Notes: a model not told the origin generated them from the sequence alone. A DNA stretch of 55,475 nucleotides from Halobacteroidaceae bacterium (GCA_003554145.1 PWFS01000009.1:1-55475); one strand, 5' to 3'. Positions 27,385-37,498 are shown, counted from the stretch's first letter. Made by a program: numbers and translations.

Positions 27385-28373
27385 GTGTGTCCAGTGGAAC
27401 TGCAGCGGTTTTGGGCTTAAGTCAGAACAGGAATGACACCCTTCCCACAACGGCTTATTTGCTTCTGGGAGAAAGCTGTCGCAATTCCTGCAGCTTTTGC
27501 CCGCGGGGGGCCCATAATGATGGAGGGAGCAGGTATCTATCCCGGGTAACCTGGCCCCTTTACAGCTGGGAAGAAGTTTTTCCCCGCCTAATTTTTGCCT
27601 GCCGGGAGGGTTTACTGGGAAGGGTCTGTTTTCAGGTTACCGATGCCCCCGGCAATCATAAACAGCTCCTTGCTTATGGAAGAAGCCTGGCGGAGGAGGG
27701 TGTTGCGGTTAATACCTCCTGCGTGATCCATGGGGAAAAAGAGGGGCGGGAATTACTGGATGCTGGATTTGCCAGGATTGCCTTAGCCCTGGATGCTGCT
27801 TCACCGGATATCTATGCCCGGGTTAAGGGTGACCGCTGGCAAAAAACCTGGGAATTATTGTCTCGACTTAATACTGATTATCCCGGCCAGGTGGGGACTC
27901 ACCTCATCGCAGGGTTGGGGGAACAACCCCAGGAAATGTTTACAGTCCTTTTTAAGCTGATTCGGGAAAAAATTGGGGTTGGGCTTTTTGCCTTTACTCC
28001 AGTGCGGGGAACTCCCCTGGCCGGTTACTCACCTCCCCCCCTGAACTATTATCGACAGTTGCAACTGGCCAGCCAACTCTTTCAGTCAGGGGAAATTGAG
28101 TTGCAGAATCTTTCTTTTCAGGGCAATCAACTCCGGGACTGGGGTCTTTCCCCCCTGGAGCTGGCTCGAGCCATTCGGCCTCAACATTTTCAGACTCCGG
28201 GCTGCCTTCACTGTAATAGACCATATTATAATGAGCGGCCAGGGGGAACAATTTATAATTATCCCCGACCCCTGACCCCTGCCGAGTTCGTGCAGGCCAC
28301 CCGGGAAGCTTTAATCGGGACTGAACAGGAGGGAGTTTTGGATGAAAAACAAATCCTGGCGACTTATTGTTGA
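27360..28373 (+). CDS. Radical SAM protein, biotin-synthase-related (second LipS1/LipS2-type component candidate)
   Basis: GESCRNSCSFCPRG CxxxCxxC motif. LALDAASPDIY and HLIAGLGE BioB-like strands. C-terminal CLHC. Overlaps the upstream rSAM gene (alternative ATG at 27372). Confidence 0.75.
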   Translation: MLCFMGMVGVSSGTAAVLGLSQNRNDTLPTTAYLLLGESCRNSCSFCPRGAHNDGGSRYLSRVTWPLYSWEEVFPRLIFACREGLLGRVCFQVTDAPGNHKQLLAYGRSLAEEGVAVNTSCVIHGEKEGRELLDAGFARIALALDAASPDIYARVKGDRWQKTWELLSRLNTDYPGQVGTHLIAGLGEQPQEMFTVLFKLIREKIGVGLFAFTPVRGTPLAGYSPPPLNYYRQLQLASQLFQSGEIELQNLSFQGNQLRDWGLSPLELARAIRPQHFQTPGCLHCNRPYYNERPGGTIYNYPRPLTPAEFVQATREALIGTEQEGVLDEKQILATYC

Positions 28374-29178
28374 CGGCCCGCTAACCGGGCAACGCAATAT
28401 GGCTGTTGATGAGAGTATTTTAATAAATTGTAATAAAAGGGAGCAGCCAACCCTGCGCTTTTACAAATGGGATCCAACCTGTTTAAGCCTGGGGTATTTT
28501 CAAAAGACCGGGGAAATTGACCTCCATACCTGTGCAGAAAAGGGTATAGATGTGGTCCGACGCCCCACCGGGGGACGGGCTGTTCTGCACAAAAATGAAT
28601 TAACCTACAGTGTTATTCTGCCCCTGTCTATTTTACCGGGAAAACTTTTAGAGACCTATAAAATTATCAGCTCTGCCCTGACTGCAGGATTGCAGAAACT
28701 GGGTATTAAAGCCCGGTTGACTCCAGCCAGAAAACAACTTCCCACCAGCAGTGCTGCCTGCTTTGATGTTTCCAGTTCTTATGAGATTAACTGGGAGGGC
28801 AAAAAATTAATTGGCAGTGCCCAGACCCGCAGGGATTCAGCTCTTCTCCAGCATGGTTCCATTCCAATATTTGATTACAGTCAGGAATTAATTTCCCTTC
28901 TAAACCTTGATTCGGATCGACGCCAGGCTTTAAACCGGGTTCTCAACCGCAAGGCTTCATCTCTTACCGGAGCAGGTCTAACCTGGTCAGAAGAGGAGTA
29001 CCTGCAGGGAATTCAAAAACTGGAAAAAGCATTTCAGGCCGGTTTTGAACAGGAGCTGGGCCTGGATTTTTGGTCAGGGGATTTAACCCCGGAGGAGAAA
29101 AAACTGGCCTGTGAACTGGAGGAAAGCAAGTACGGCAGCCTTAATTGGCGACCGGAAAAAACTCCTTCCTCACAATAG
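28342..29178 (+). CDS. Lipoate-protein ligase / octanoyltransferase family protein (LplA catalytic-domain or LipM type)
   Basis: LRFYKWDPTCLSLGYFQ, RRPTGGRAVLH, AACFDVSSSYEI..GKKLIGSAQTR. RBS GGAGGG. Overlaps the upstream gene by 32 nt. Confidence 0.85.
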   Translation: MKNKSWRLIVDGPLTGQRNMAVDESILINCNKREQPTLRFYKWDPTCLSLGYFQKTGEIDLHTCAEKGIDVVRRPTGGRAVLHKNELTYSVILPLSILPGKLLETYKIISSALTAGLQKLGIKARLTPARKQLPTSSAACFDVSSSYEINWEGKKLIGSAQTRRDSALLQHGSIPIFDYSQELISLLNLDSDRRQALNRVLNRKASSLTGAGLTWSEEEYLQGIQKLEKAFQAGFEQELGLDFWSGDLTPEEKKLACELEESKYGSLNWRPEKTPSSQ

Positions 29179-29334
29179 AAAATGAATGCAGGGAATTCTG
29201 GCTTTTTGATTTCTCCGGGGCCAAATTAGCTTCTTTTCTTCTTGATGGTGGCTACACCCGGTAAAAGCAATGCCTCCAATAATCCCGGTGCAGAGAAATA
29301 TTATTCTCCGTACCTTTTTTGAAGGGAGAAAGCT

Positions 29335-30192
29335 TTGAACTATCAAGAATTAAAAACTAAAACAGCCCTTAATCCTTTAAAAAGAAAGGGCCTGCCCTAT
29401 AAGTTTGATTTAAATATTTATCAGGGCTGTTCCCATGGTTGTAAGTACTGCTATGGGTCCAGCAACCAGAAGTACCTGGGGAATAATCTTTTTTCGAGTG
29501 AGATATCGGTCAAAAGTAATATTGCACAGATTCTGGACCAGGAGCTAAGTTCCTCAACCTGGAAAGGGGATATTATTAATATTGGGGGAGTTTGTGATAG
29601 TTATCAGGCCGCAGAAAAGCAATTTATGATTATGCGCTCGGTCCTGGAGGTGCTGATCAGGCATAAAAACCCGGTTATTATCAGCACCAAGTCCGACCTT
29701 ATTTTGCGTGACCTGGATTTAATTAATGAATTGGGACAACAGGCCTATGTTAATATTGCTGCCTGCATTACTACTGTGGATGATGAAATGTCCCGTTCAA
29801 TAGAGCCGGGAGCAAGCTTGCCCCACTCCAGGCTAAATGTTCTGCGGGAATTTTCCCGGTCCACAGCTTTTACGGGTTTTCATTTTATGCCGATTTTACC
29901 CTATCTGGCTGATGATGAGCCAGTTCTGGAAGAAATGGTTAAGTGGGCCGCCTCTGCAGAAGTAGATTATATGCTGACCGGAGTTCTATATTTAACCGGG
30001 GGAATAAAAAAGAAGTTTTTCTCTTTTCTGGAGGAGGAATATCCAGAGTTACTGGGGGATTATCAGAGGCTATACCCCCGGGGTGGAGCAGATCCAGAGT
30101 ATAAAGCGGGGGTGCATAAATTTTTGGGGCAAATGAGAAAAAAGTACCGGGTGAACAATAATTATAGCCAATTTCTGCCCTCGAAAAATTAA
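29335..30192 (+). CDS. Radical SAM protein of the SplB/Rv2578c-like (COG1533-type) family
   Basis: TTG start after GAAGGGAG. FDLNIYQGCSHGCKYCYG. Confidence 0.75.
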   Translation: MNYQELKTKTALNPLKRKGLPYKFDLNIYQGCSHGCKYCYGSSNQKYLGNNLFSSEISVKSNIAQILDQELSSSTWKGDIINIGGVCDSYQAAEKQFMIMRSVLEVLIRHKNPVIISTKSDLILRDLDLINELGQQAYVNIAACITTVDDEMSRSIEPGASLPHSRLNVLREFSRSTAFTGFHFMPILPYLADDEPVLEEMVKWAASAEVDYMLTGVLYLTGGIKKKFFSFLEEEYPELLGDYQRLYPRGGADPEYKAGVHKFLGQMRKKYRVNNNYSQFLPSKN

Positions 30193-30268
30193 TTTTCCAG
30201 GGTGAATAAAAAAGGTAAGCCTTTTTTGCAGATAGGGCAGGTTATAAATGAAAATAAGGAGGAGTGGA

Positions 30269-30835
30269 ATGGAACCTAAAATTTATGCTATTGATACTCA
30301 GCGGGTTGACTTAAGTGAAATTGATTTTCCCGGGCCTACCCTGGATATTGGGGGCGGAGGTGAAGGGGTAATAGGGCAGATCAATGACGAGGAATTAATT
30401 GTCATTGATCAGAGGGAGGATGAACTCCGGGAAGCTCCTTCAGGGGGAATAAAACTGGTTATGGATGCGGGAGATTTGAAATTCCTGGATAATTCCTTTG
30501 CTCATGCTACTTCCTTTTTTACCTTCATGTATATTCCGCCTGAGGAGCATCAGCAGGTTTTTGCGCAGATATTCCGGGTCTTAAAAGAGGGCGGACAGTT
30601 CTGGATCTGGGATGTAAAAATGCCAGATAAGGGCGCGAGGGAAGAAAATGTTTTTGTGGTCCCCCTGCAGGTTAAATTAAAAGGCAAAGAGATTGAAACC
30701 GGGTACGGGGTGCCCTGGAACAGGGAACAGGACCTTAATTATTACCGGGATCTCGGAGAAAATAATGGCTTTGCTGTCCTGGAAGCGAGTCAGTTCGGGG
30801 AAACTTTTTTCCTGCGACTGCAAAAGAAAAAATGA
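30269..30835 (+). CDS. Class I SAM-dependent methyltransferase (small, Methyltransf_11-like)
   Basis: Motif I LDIGGGGEGV. Motif post-II MDAGDLKF. ATG at 30269 lies 6 nt after AAGGAGG; the track start is 30248. Confidence 0.75.
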   Translation: MEPKIYAIDTQRVDLSEIDFPGPTLDIGGGGEGVIGQINDEELIVIDQREDELREAPSGGIKLVMDAGDLKFLDNSFAHATSFFTFMYIPPEEHQQVFAQIFRVLKEGGQFWIWDVKMPDKGAREENVFVVPLQVKLKGKEIETGYGVPWNREQDLNYYRDLGENNGFAVLEASQFGETFFLRLQKKK

Positions 30836-31179
30836 GGATTGGGTTCTGCGAGTAGGATCTGGAGAGAGGGCTTAGCTGAAACGGGCATTTTCTCTTTGGG
30901 GAGTAAATTGCGGAAATAATAGAAAAGTAACTGGGATTTCTCGCCCGGGAGTTTAACCCTGAACCAATACTCTTTAATCCCAAATATGATTTCCTTAAAT
31001 CTATACCATTCCAGATTTTCCTGGAGCCTGGAGGCCGAGACAATTCCGAAATATGGCGGGCTTTTATTAGGTTTTTTGCAGAATTGTTTTTATGTCAAGC
31101 ATATAGTTGTTCCCATAAATCCTGGTAGGGGAAAAGGGGAAAAAACAGTCAAACAAAACTTTTGGAGGTGGGTTTAGTT

Positions 31180-32556
31180 ATGAGTACCTATGATATTTTG
31201 ATTTTAGGCGGGGGGCCCGCAGGTTACATGGCAGCCCTGCATGGGGCCCAAAAAGGAGCCCGGGTGGCTCTGGTGGAGAAGAAATACCTGGGGGGGACCT
31301 GTCTCAACTGGGGTTGTATTCCGACCAAAACGATGGTTGAAGGAGCTCACCTGAAAGCGGCAATGGAAAAGGGCCGGGATTATGGCCTCAACGTGGGAGA
31401 TTATGATTTTAACCTGGAGAGGCTGGTCCATAAAAAAGATGAAGTAGTTCAGAATCTACGCCAGGGCATCGCCGGGCTGATCAAGGCCAATAAAATTGAT
31501 TTCTTTTCCCAGGAGGGACGGGTCACGGCTACCGGGGAAGAAAAGGAACTGACCCTGGCTGATGGGACCACCATCCAGGGGAAAAAACTGCTTCTGGCTA
31601 CCGGCAGTAAAGTTTTTAATCCCCCCATTCCCGGGCTGGAGGAGGTTCCTTTTCTTACCAGCGATACCATTCTGGATCTGAAAGAATTACCTTCCGAGCT
31701 TATTATCATTGGTGCAGGAGTTATAGGACTGGAAATGGCCAGTATTTTTAATAATCTGGGAGCAAAAGTGACTGTTATTGAAATGATGGACCAGATTCTG
31801 CCCGGTCTGGATAAAGAGCTGGCTCAAAGGGCCAGGATTTTCCTCAAGAAAAAAGGTATTGAGCTGGAAACTAAAACCCAGGTGCAAAAGCTGGAAAAAA
31901 GAGGAGAAGAGATTGCAGTTAAGTACCTGCGGCGCAATAAGGAAGCAGAAAAAACTGGATCCCACCTACTAATGGCCACAGGGCGCCATCCGGTTTATAC
32001 CGGGCTTGAATTCCTGGGGGAGGAACCGGAGATAAAAGTAGATGAGTACCTGGAAACCCCTTATCCTGGAATTTATGCTGCTGGAGACCTAATCGGTGGA
32101 TATCAACTGGCCCATGTGGCCTATCATGAAGGAATTGTTGCGGTAAATAATATGCTGGGGGAAAAGGAAAAGGCCTGTTATTCAGGTATTCCCAACTGTG
32201 TTTTCTCCGATCCTCAGATTGCCACTACCGGGTGGAGTGAGGAAGAGGTAAAAGAGCAGGGAGTTGAGTTTGAGGTAGTTAAGTTCCCCTTCAGTGCCCT
32301 GGGTAAAGCAGTTGCTTCTTCTGACCCTGAAGGTCTGGTTAAGGTGATTTATAGTAAGGAACAGGGACAGTTGCTGGGGGTTCATATTATTGGCCGGGAG
32401 GCCACGGAAATAATTCATCAAGGAGCATATGCAGTTAGAATGGGACATACGGTAGGGCAGCTGGCCCGGACAATATTTGCCCATCCTACCTATAGTGAGG
32501 GGTTAGGGGAGGCCTATCATATGACCCAGGGCCATTTTTATCATACTACCCCCTAG
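31180..32556 (+). CDS. lpdA: Dihydrolipoyl dehydrogenase (E3 / GCS L-protein)
   Basis: GGGPAGY...GGTCLNWGCIPTK redox disulfide. C-terminal HAHPTYSE. The ATG at 31180 follows GGAGGTG. Confidence 0.95.
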   Translation: MSTYDILILGGGPAGYMAALHGAQKGARVALVEKKYLGGTCLNWGCIPTKTMVEGAHLKAAMEKGRDYGLNVGDYDFNLERLVHKKDEVVQNLRQGIAGLIKANKIDFFSQEGRVTATGEEKELTLADGTTIQGKKLLLATGSKVFNPPIPGLEEVPFLTSDTILDLKELPSELIIIGAGVIGLEMASIFNNLGAKVTVIEMMDQILPGLDKELAQRARIFLKKKGIELETKTQVQKLEKRGEEIAVKYLRRNKEAEKTGSHLLMATGRHPVYTGLEFLGEEPEIKVDEYLETPYPGIYAAGDLIGGYQLAHVAYHEGIVAVNNMLGEKEKACYSGIPNCVFSDPQIATTGWSEEEVKEQGVEFEVVKFPFSALGKAVASSDPEGLVKVIYSKEQGQLLGVHIIGREATEIIHQGAYAVRMGHTVGQLARTIFAHPTYSEGLGEAYHMTQGHFYHTTP

Positions 32557-32633
32557 GTCTCCTTATTACCGGATAAAATTGGAGAAAGGTTTTAAGGGGA
32601 GTTCGTCGAATACTTTATAGTGGGGGTGGGGGC

Positions 32634-34640
32634 ATGAAACAAAAATGCCTGTTTTTGATTTTGATTTTAGCCTGTTCCAGCCTGATCTTTTTTCCCGGTT
32701 TATGCCGGGGCGAGGAAATACTGGATCAGGCCCTGGAAAACCTGAAAGACGCCTATGAGAAAGGGGAACTGGCTGCCAGCACCCTCCTGTTACAGTTTAT
32801 TCTGGAGCAAAAACCGGAAGGAACCCGTTACTACCTGGATCTGGCCGGGATATACCAGGAAAAAGGAGACTTTTACCGGGCCAGGACAACACTGGAAAGA
32901 GGCCTGGAAAAAGCGGATAATAGCGATCTTATTAAAGCTGAAATAGCCCGCCTGGAAGTTATAACCGAAAAAACCGGCCTGGAAATTGAACGGCTGGGTT
33001 CTGCTGATTCCCGCGATTTTTATTTCTACCGCGGCCTGCATTACAAGCAACTAAAACAGTGGCCCCAGAGTATTGCCGACCTGAAAAAGGCCATTGAACA
33101 TGACCCCAACCTCATTGCCGCCTATTATTTTCTGGGGTTGGTTCTAATTGAAACCGAAAGCTTGGAAGCCGCAGAAGATGTTTTGCAGGAAGGCCTGCGG
33201 CGAGATTCCAGTTTTACCGGGATTAATTTATTGCTGGGCCACCTGGCTTTTCAGCGGGATGATTATCATTCAGCCTATAATTATTATCTGCGGACCCCCG
33301 CCAATCTAAGGGATGATCAGGTCCGGAAGAGGATTTCTTTTATCCAGGAGTTATTGCCTCCGCCCCCGGAAAAACCAGAGCGAGAACTGAGGGAGGAAAC
33401 GGTTGATTTTCAAAGGGTTAAACCAATTGTTGATGAAAACATACCCCTGCTGCGGGTTGCTTTATTGACCCAGGGCCTGGAATTCAGCTTTCAAACTGAG
33501 GTCCCCTTCAACCTGAAGACCCTGGAGGGGCAGACCCTTTTTCAGGGAGAGCCCAGAAAAACCTATTTTATCGAATTTAAACAGGGGACATTTTTCCTGC
33601 GCAACCTGCAGGGGGAAAAACTTCTGTCAACTTCCAAAGCCCATCGCCTGGAAATTGCAGAACAGGATACGACCCTGCATCTCTTTGATGTTGAATACGG
33701 GGAAGGATATTTCTGGGCCGGGCGAGAAGACCGTCAGTACCGAGGATCATTTATAATCCAGCCCCGCAACGAAGAGCACTTTTACCTGATTAATGAGGTT
33801 AATGTAGAAGAGTACCTTTATTCTGTTGTTCCTTCGGAAATGCCTGCTTCCTGGCCCATGGAAGCTCTCAAAGCCCAGGCCATTGCTGCCCGCAGTTATA
33901 CCATGAACCGCTATTATCGGAATCCTGACAGCACTTATCACCTGGTGGCCTCGGTTATTAATGCTGCCTACAACGGAGTTAACTGGGAAAATGAAAGATC
34001 CCAGGAAGCTGTGGATAAAACCAGGGGGATAATTGCAACTCATGGAGGCCGGGCAATTGATGCTGTCTACAGTGCCAATTCCGGTGGATTTACCGAGGAT
34101 AGTTCGCTGGTCTGGGGAGGAGAGGTCCCTTACTTACAGGGACAGCCAGTTTTCCCCGAATATTTCGAGTTTGACCTATTACCTTCGGGATTGGCTGAAT
34201 GGTTGCGGGAAAGGCCCCCTTCTTTTTCCCGGGCAGAAAACTATGGTTCTGCAACCAGTTATCGGTGGACCCGGGTTCTGTTGCCCGAGGAACCCCCGGT
34301 GGCCAGTAGAGTCGGGCCCATTATAGAGATAGTTGCCCAGGACAGAGGAAAAAGCGGCTTTGTCAAATCAGTTTTGGTCCGGGGTGAGAGGGGAGAAGAA
34401 ATTCTTTCTGGAGATCGCATTCGCAGTCAACTGGGAGGTTTGAAAAGCAACCTTTTTATGGTTGAACCGGTTTTTGGTGATGATAATAAACCCCAGTATT
34501 TCCTGATCTGGGGCGGTGGCTGGGGTCATGGTGTTGGTATGGATCAGACTGCGGCAGCCCAGATGGCTGCTGATGGATTTAGCCATTCCGAGATAATTAA
34601 AACTTTTTATCAGGGAGTAGATCTGGAAAAAAGATATTAA
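32634..34640 (+). CDS. Secreted TPR-repeat plus SpoIID/LytB-domain protein
   Basis: Signal peptide, then N-terminal TPR-like repeats. The C-terminal half has AQAIAARSYT and YSANSGGFTEDSSLVWG signatures. Confidence 0.85.
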   Translation: MKQKCLFLILILACSSLIFFPGLCRGEEILDQALENLKDAYEKGELAASTLLLQFILEQKPEGTRYYLDLAGIYQEKGDFYRARTTLERGLEKADNSDLIKAEIARLEVITEKTGLEIERLGSADSRDFYFYRGLHYKQLKQWPQSIADLKKAIEHDPNLIAAYYFLGLVLIETESLEAAEDVLQEGLRRDSSFTGINLLLGHLAFQRDDYHSAYNYYLRTPANLRDDQVRKRISFIQELLPPPPEKPERELREETVDFQRVKPIVDENIPLLRVALLTQGLEFSFQTEVPFNLKTLEGQTLFQGEPRKTYFIEFKQGTFFLRNLQGEKLLSTSKAHRLEIAEQDTTLHLFDVEYGEGYFWAGREDRQYRGSFIIQPRNEEHFYLINEVNVEEYLYSVVPSEMPASWPMEALKAQAIAARSYTMNRYYRNPDSTYHLVASVINAAYNGVNWENERSQEAVDKTRGIIATHGGRAIDAVYSANSGGFTEDSSLVWGGEVPYLQGQPVFPEYFEFDLLPSGLAEWLRERPPSFSRAENYGSATSYRWTRVLLPEEPPVASRVGPIIEIVAQDRGKSGFVKSVLVRGERGEEILSGDRIRSQLGGLKSNLFMVEPVFGDDNKPQYFLIWGGGWGHGVGMDQTAAAQMAADGFSHSEIIKTFYQGVDLEKRY

Positions 34641-34656
34641 TCCGGAGGAGAGAACA

Positions 34657-36324
34657 ATGCATAAGTACCAGGCAATAGTGTTGTTTTTGGTGATTTTTTC
34701 CTTTTTATCCGGAGCAGTTTTGGCCGAGGGAGAATTACCGGTTTTGGAAAAGGGCATGACGGGCAGTGAAGTGGAAAAACTGCAATCCTTACTTAGAGAA
34801 ATTGGTTATAACATTGAGGTCGATGGTCATTTTGGGGAGGAAACTAGATCAGCTCTCCAGGCTTTTCAGACCAGCTTTTTCCTGGATAGCGATGGGGTTG
34901 CTGATGAGGAAACCTGGGAAATTCTGCAGGAAAGCGAGCCCTTTCTGGTTTTTGAAGTTGGCCCCGGGGAAACTCTGTCCCAGCTGGCCCGACAGTTCAA
35001 CACCACGGTAGAACTTATCAAGCAGTCCAACCGCCTGAGCAGTGACTTGATTATAGCCGGTGAGGAAATTCTTGTTCCCCCCTCCTGGATAGGGGAGGGC
35101 AATTCTTCAATTCTCACTAAAACAATTGAGTATCGAGTGGAGAGGGGAGACACCCTTATCAGTATTGCCTCTCGTTTTGGGGTTTTAGTAGAAGAAATTC
35201 GGTCCAAAAACAACTTAAAAAGTGATTTAATTCTCCAGGGTCAGAAACTGGAAATTCCCAACCCGGTAGGTAGTTCTGGCCTGGACAGCATTGATAGCTC
35301 TCTTTCCCCGATTGATCCGGAGCGAGAAGAAGATCCAGAGAAAATAACTGAATACCGGGTGAAGCCTGGAGATACCATTTCTGGGATTGCTGCGAGGTTT
35401 GGGGTGTCGATTGAAGAAATTCGTTCCCTTAATAATTTAAGCGGGCATTTGATTTTGCAGGGTCAGATCCTGGAAATTCCCGGGCAAAAAGTTGAACAGG
35501 AGCGGAGTGCACCCTCGGAGGAACGGGAAAAAGAAGAAAAAACACCAACTGGAACCATAGAATACCGGGTAGAAAAAGGGGATACTCTTTCCAGTATTGC
35601 CAGTCGTTTCGGGGTTTCGGTAGAGGAAATTCGTTCAGAAAATGAGCTGGGCGGGGACTTTATTGTCCAGGGACAGACCCTGGAAATCCCGGGACAACCC
35701 CAGGGCTCATCCAGGGATGATGACCGGGTATCTCCTGAAAGGGAAGAGGAATCCCCTGCTGCAACCCAGACCATTGAATATGAAATTCGCCGGGGAGACA
35801 CCCTTTCTGGAATTGCTCTGCGCTTTAATATCAGCGTAGAGGAAATAAGGGAAGAAAACAACCTGACCGGGGACATGATCTATCGAGGTCAGGAAATAAG
35901 AATTCCCAATCAACCCCGGGAGATCCAGACTGTTGATTTTAAGTGGCCTGTGGAAGGGGGCAAGATTACTTCTCCCTTTGGTTATCGGACCCACCCTGTG
36001 GATGGAACCCGGCAGTTTCATAGTGGAATTGACATTGCCCTACCCCGGGGAACACCAGTAAAGGCTGCAGCCTCCGGCAAGGTTATCTGCAGCGAATGGC
36101 AGACTGGATGGGGGCGGATCATTACTATTGATCACGGAGATGATTTAATTTCTCTTTATGCCCACAACGATAAGCTTTTGATTGAAGCAGGGACCCATGT
36201 TGCTCAAGGGCAGGTAATTGCACTTAGCGGCAATTCTGGTATTACTACCGGCCCGCACCTTCATTTTGAAATTCGCAGGGAGGGGGATCCTGTAGATCCC
36301 ATGCTTTATCTGCCTCCCCGTTAA
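34657..36324 (+). CDS. Secreted PG-binding-1 + 5x LysM + M23 metallopeptidase
   Basis: GSEVEKLQSLLREIGY (PG_binding_1). Five LysM modules. M23 motifs HSGIDIA and GPHLHFEI. Confidence 0.9.
   Translation: MHKYQAIVLFLVIFSFLSGAVLAEGELPVLEKGMTGSEVEKLQSLLREIGYNIEVDGHFGEETRSALQAFQTSFFLDSDGVADEETWEILQESEPFLVFEVGPGETLSQLARQFNTTVELIKQSNRLSSDLIIAGEEILVPPSWIGEGNSSILTKTIEYRVERGDTLISIASRFGVLVEEIRSKNNLKSDLILQGQKLEIPNPVGSSGLDSIDSSLSPIDPEREEDPEKITEYRVKPGDTISGIAARFGVSIEEIRSLNNLSGHLILQGQILEIPGQKVEQERSAPSEEREKEEKTPTGTIEYRVEKGDTLSSIASRFGVSVEEIRSENELGGDFIVQGQTLEIPGQPQGSSRDDDRVSPEREEESPAATQTIEYEIRRGDTLSGIALRFNISVEEIREENNLTGDMIYRGQEIRIPNQPREIQTVDFKWPVEGGKITSPFGYRTHPVDGTRQFHSGIDIALPRGTPVKAAASGKVICSEWQTGWGRIITIDHGDDLISLYAHNDKLLIEAGTHVAQGQVIALSGNSGITTGPHLHFEIRREGDPVDPMLYLPPR
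34945..35907 (+). repeat. Intragenic tandem LysM-module repeats (5 copies)
   Basis: Units start at about 34945, 35125, 35348, 35558 and 35773. Copies 2-5 share recognisable DNA identity (gaataccgggt...gaagaaattcg). Confidence 0.8.
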
Positions 36325-36327
36325 AGG

Positions 36328-37479
36328 ATGATTTCTATGGACAACAGAGTTGTAGTTCTGGATTGTGATTCTTATGAAGTCGGCCAGTTAAAAAAAGTAC
36401 TGCAAGAGGGTCTGAATGCTTTGCAACTGGACCCTCATCTTTTTTTTGGCGGTAAAAAAGTTGTACTGAAACCCAATCTTTTGCTTCCCAAAAAACCGGA
36501 AAACGGCGTGACCACCCACCCCAATCTGATGCAGGCCCTGGCGGAGATTGTCCGGGAAAATAAAGCCAGGGAAACTGTTATTGGAGATACTCCGGGGGGA
36601 CCGTTTAACCGCCCTTATCTTAAAGCCCTGTACCTGGCCACAGGAATGGAAAAGGCGGGACAGGCTGCCGGAGTTTCTTTAAACTACAATCTGAATGAAG
36701 TTGATACTCCTTTTCCCCAGGGTCGGGTTATGAAAAGGATCAATATTGCCGCTTTTATTCACGAGGCGGATCTCCTTATTAATGTGGCCAAATTAAAAAC
36801 CCATGGCCTGACCCGGATAACCGGGGGGGTGAAAAATCTCTTTGGGGCTGTCCCCGGGGTAAAAAAAGCAGAATTCCATATGAACATGAGCGAAGTTAAT
36901 GATTTCGCCATGTTGATGGTTGACCTGGCCCGGCTTTTGCAACCTGCCCTGACCATAATTGATGGGGTTCAGGCCATGGAGGGTAACGGTCCCTCCAGTG
37001 GAACTTTAAAAGGATTGGGTAAAATAATAATGGCCCCCAATGTTTTCGCTGCAGACGTGGCTATGGCCCGGATAATGGGCCTTAACCCCGGGGAAGTTCC
37101 CACCATAAAAATGGCCGAAAAAGTTGATTGTTTGGCTCGCCTGGCCGACCTGGATGTGGTGGGAGAACTGGGAGAGGAAAAATTTGAAGTTCCCGGAGGA
37201 AAAAGGGAGATTAAAAGATTGCGCAATCTGATTCCGAAAAGCTGGTTGCCCCGCTTTCAAACTATGGTTCAACCTACACCCCGCTTTAACTGGGACCTCT
37301 GCACGGGATGCGGGATGTGCGCTCAACACTGCCCTCCTGCAGTTATCAGCGGGGCTCCAGAAAAAAGACCTGTTATTGATCTGGAGGGGGGTATTCGCTG
37401 CTTTTGCTGCCAGGAACTCTGCCCCGAGAAGGCAGTGACTCTCTATCGCCCCCTGCTGGGCCGTATTATATTCCGTTAA
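36328..37479 (+). CDS. DUF362-domain protein with a C-terminal 2x[4Fe-4S] ferredoxin module
   Basis: DUF362-like core. CTGCGMCAQHCP and CFCCQELCP motifs. Alternative ATG at 36337 has better SD spacing. Confidence 0.8.
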   Translation: MISMDNRVVVLDCDSYEVGQLKKVLQEGLNALQLDPHLFFGGKKVVLKPNLLLPKKPENGVTTHPNLMQALAEIVRENKARETVIGDTPGGPFNRPYLKALYLATGMEKAGQAAGVSLNYNLNEVDTPFPQGRVMKRINIAAFIHEADLLINVAKLKTHGLTRITGGVKNLFGAVPGVKKAEFHMNMSEVNDFAMLMVDLARLLQPALTIIDGVQAMEGNGPSSGTLKGLGKIIMAPNVFAADVAMARIMGLNPGEVPTIKMAEKVDCLARLADLDVVGELGEEKFEVPGGKREIKRLRNLIPKSWLPRFQTMVQPTPRFNWDLCTGCGMCAQHCPPAVISGAPEKRPVIDLEGGIRCFCCQELCPEKAVTLYRPLLGRIIFR

Positions 37480-37498
37480 AAATAACCCACCGGGAATG

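Noticed and set aside
30850-30910. CTGGAGAGAGGGC segment upstream of lpdA, considered as a possible third glycine aptamer
   Set aside because: It lacks the CACCGAAGG and CUCAGG..AAGGAC cores present in the genuine aptamers at 22030-22194.
30735-31043. 102-aa minus-strand ORF overlapping the methyltransferase 3' end and the MTase-lpdA spacer
   Set aside because: It has no SD, overlaps a supported CDS, and has Ser/Pro/Arg-rich composition.
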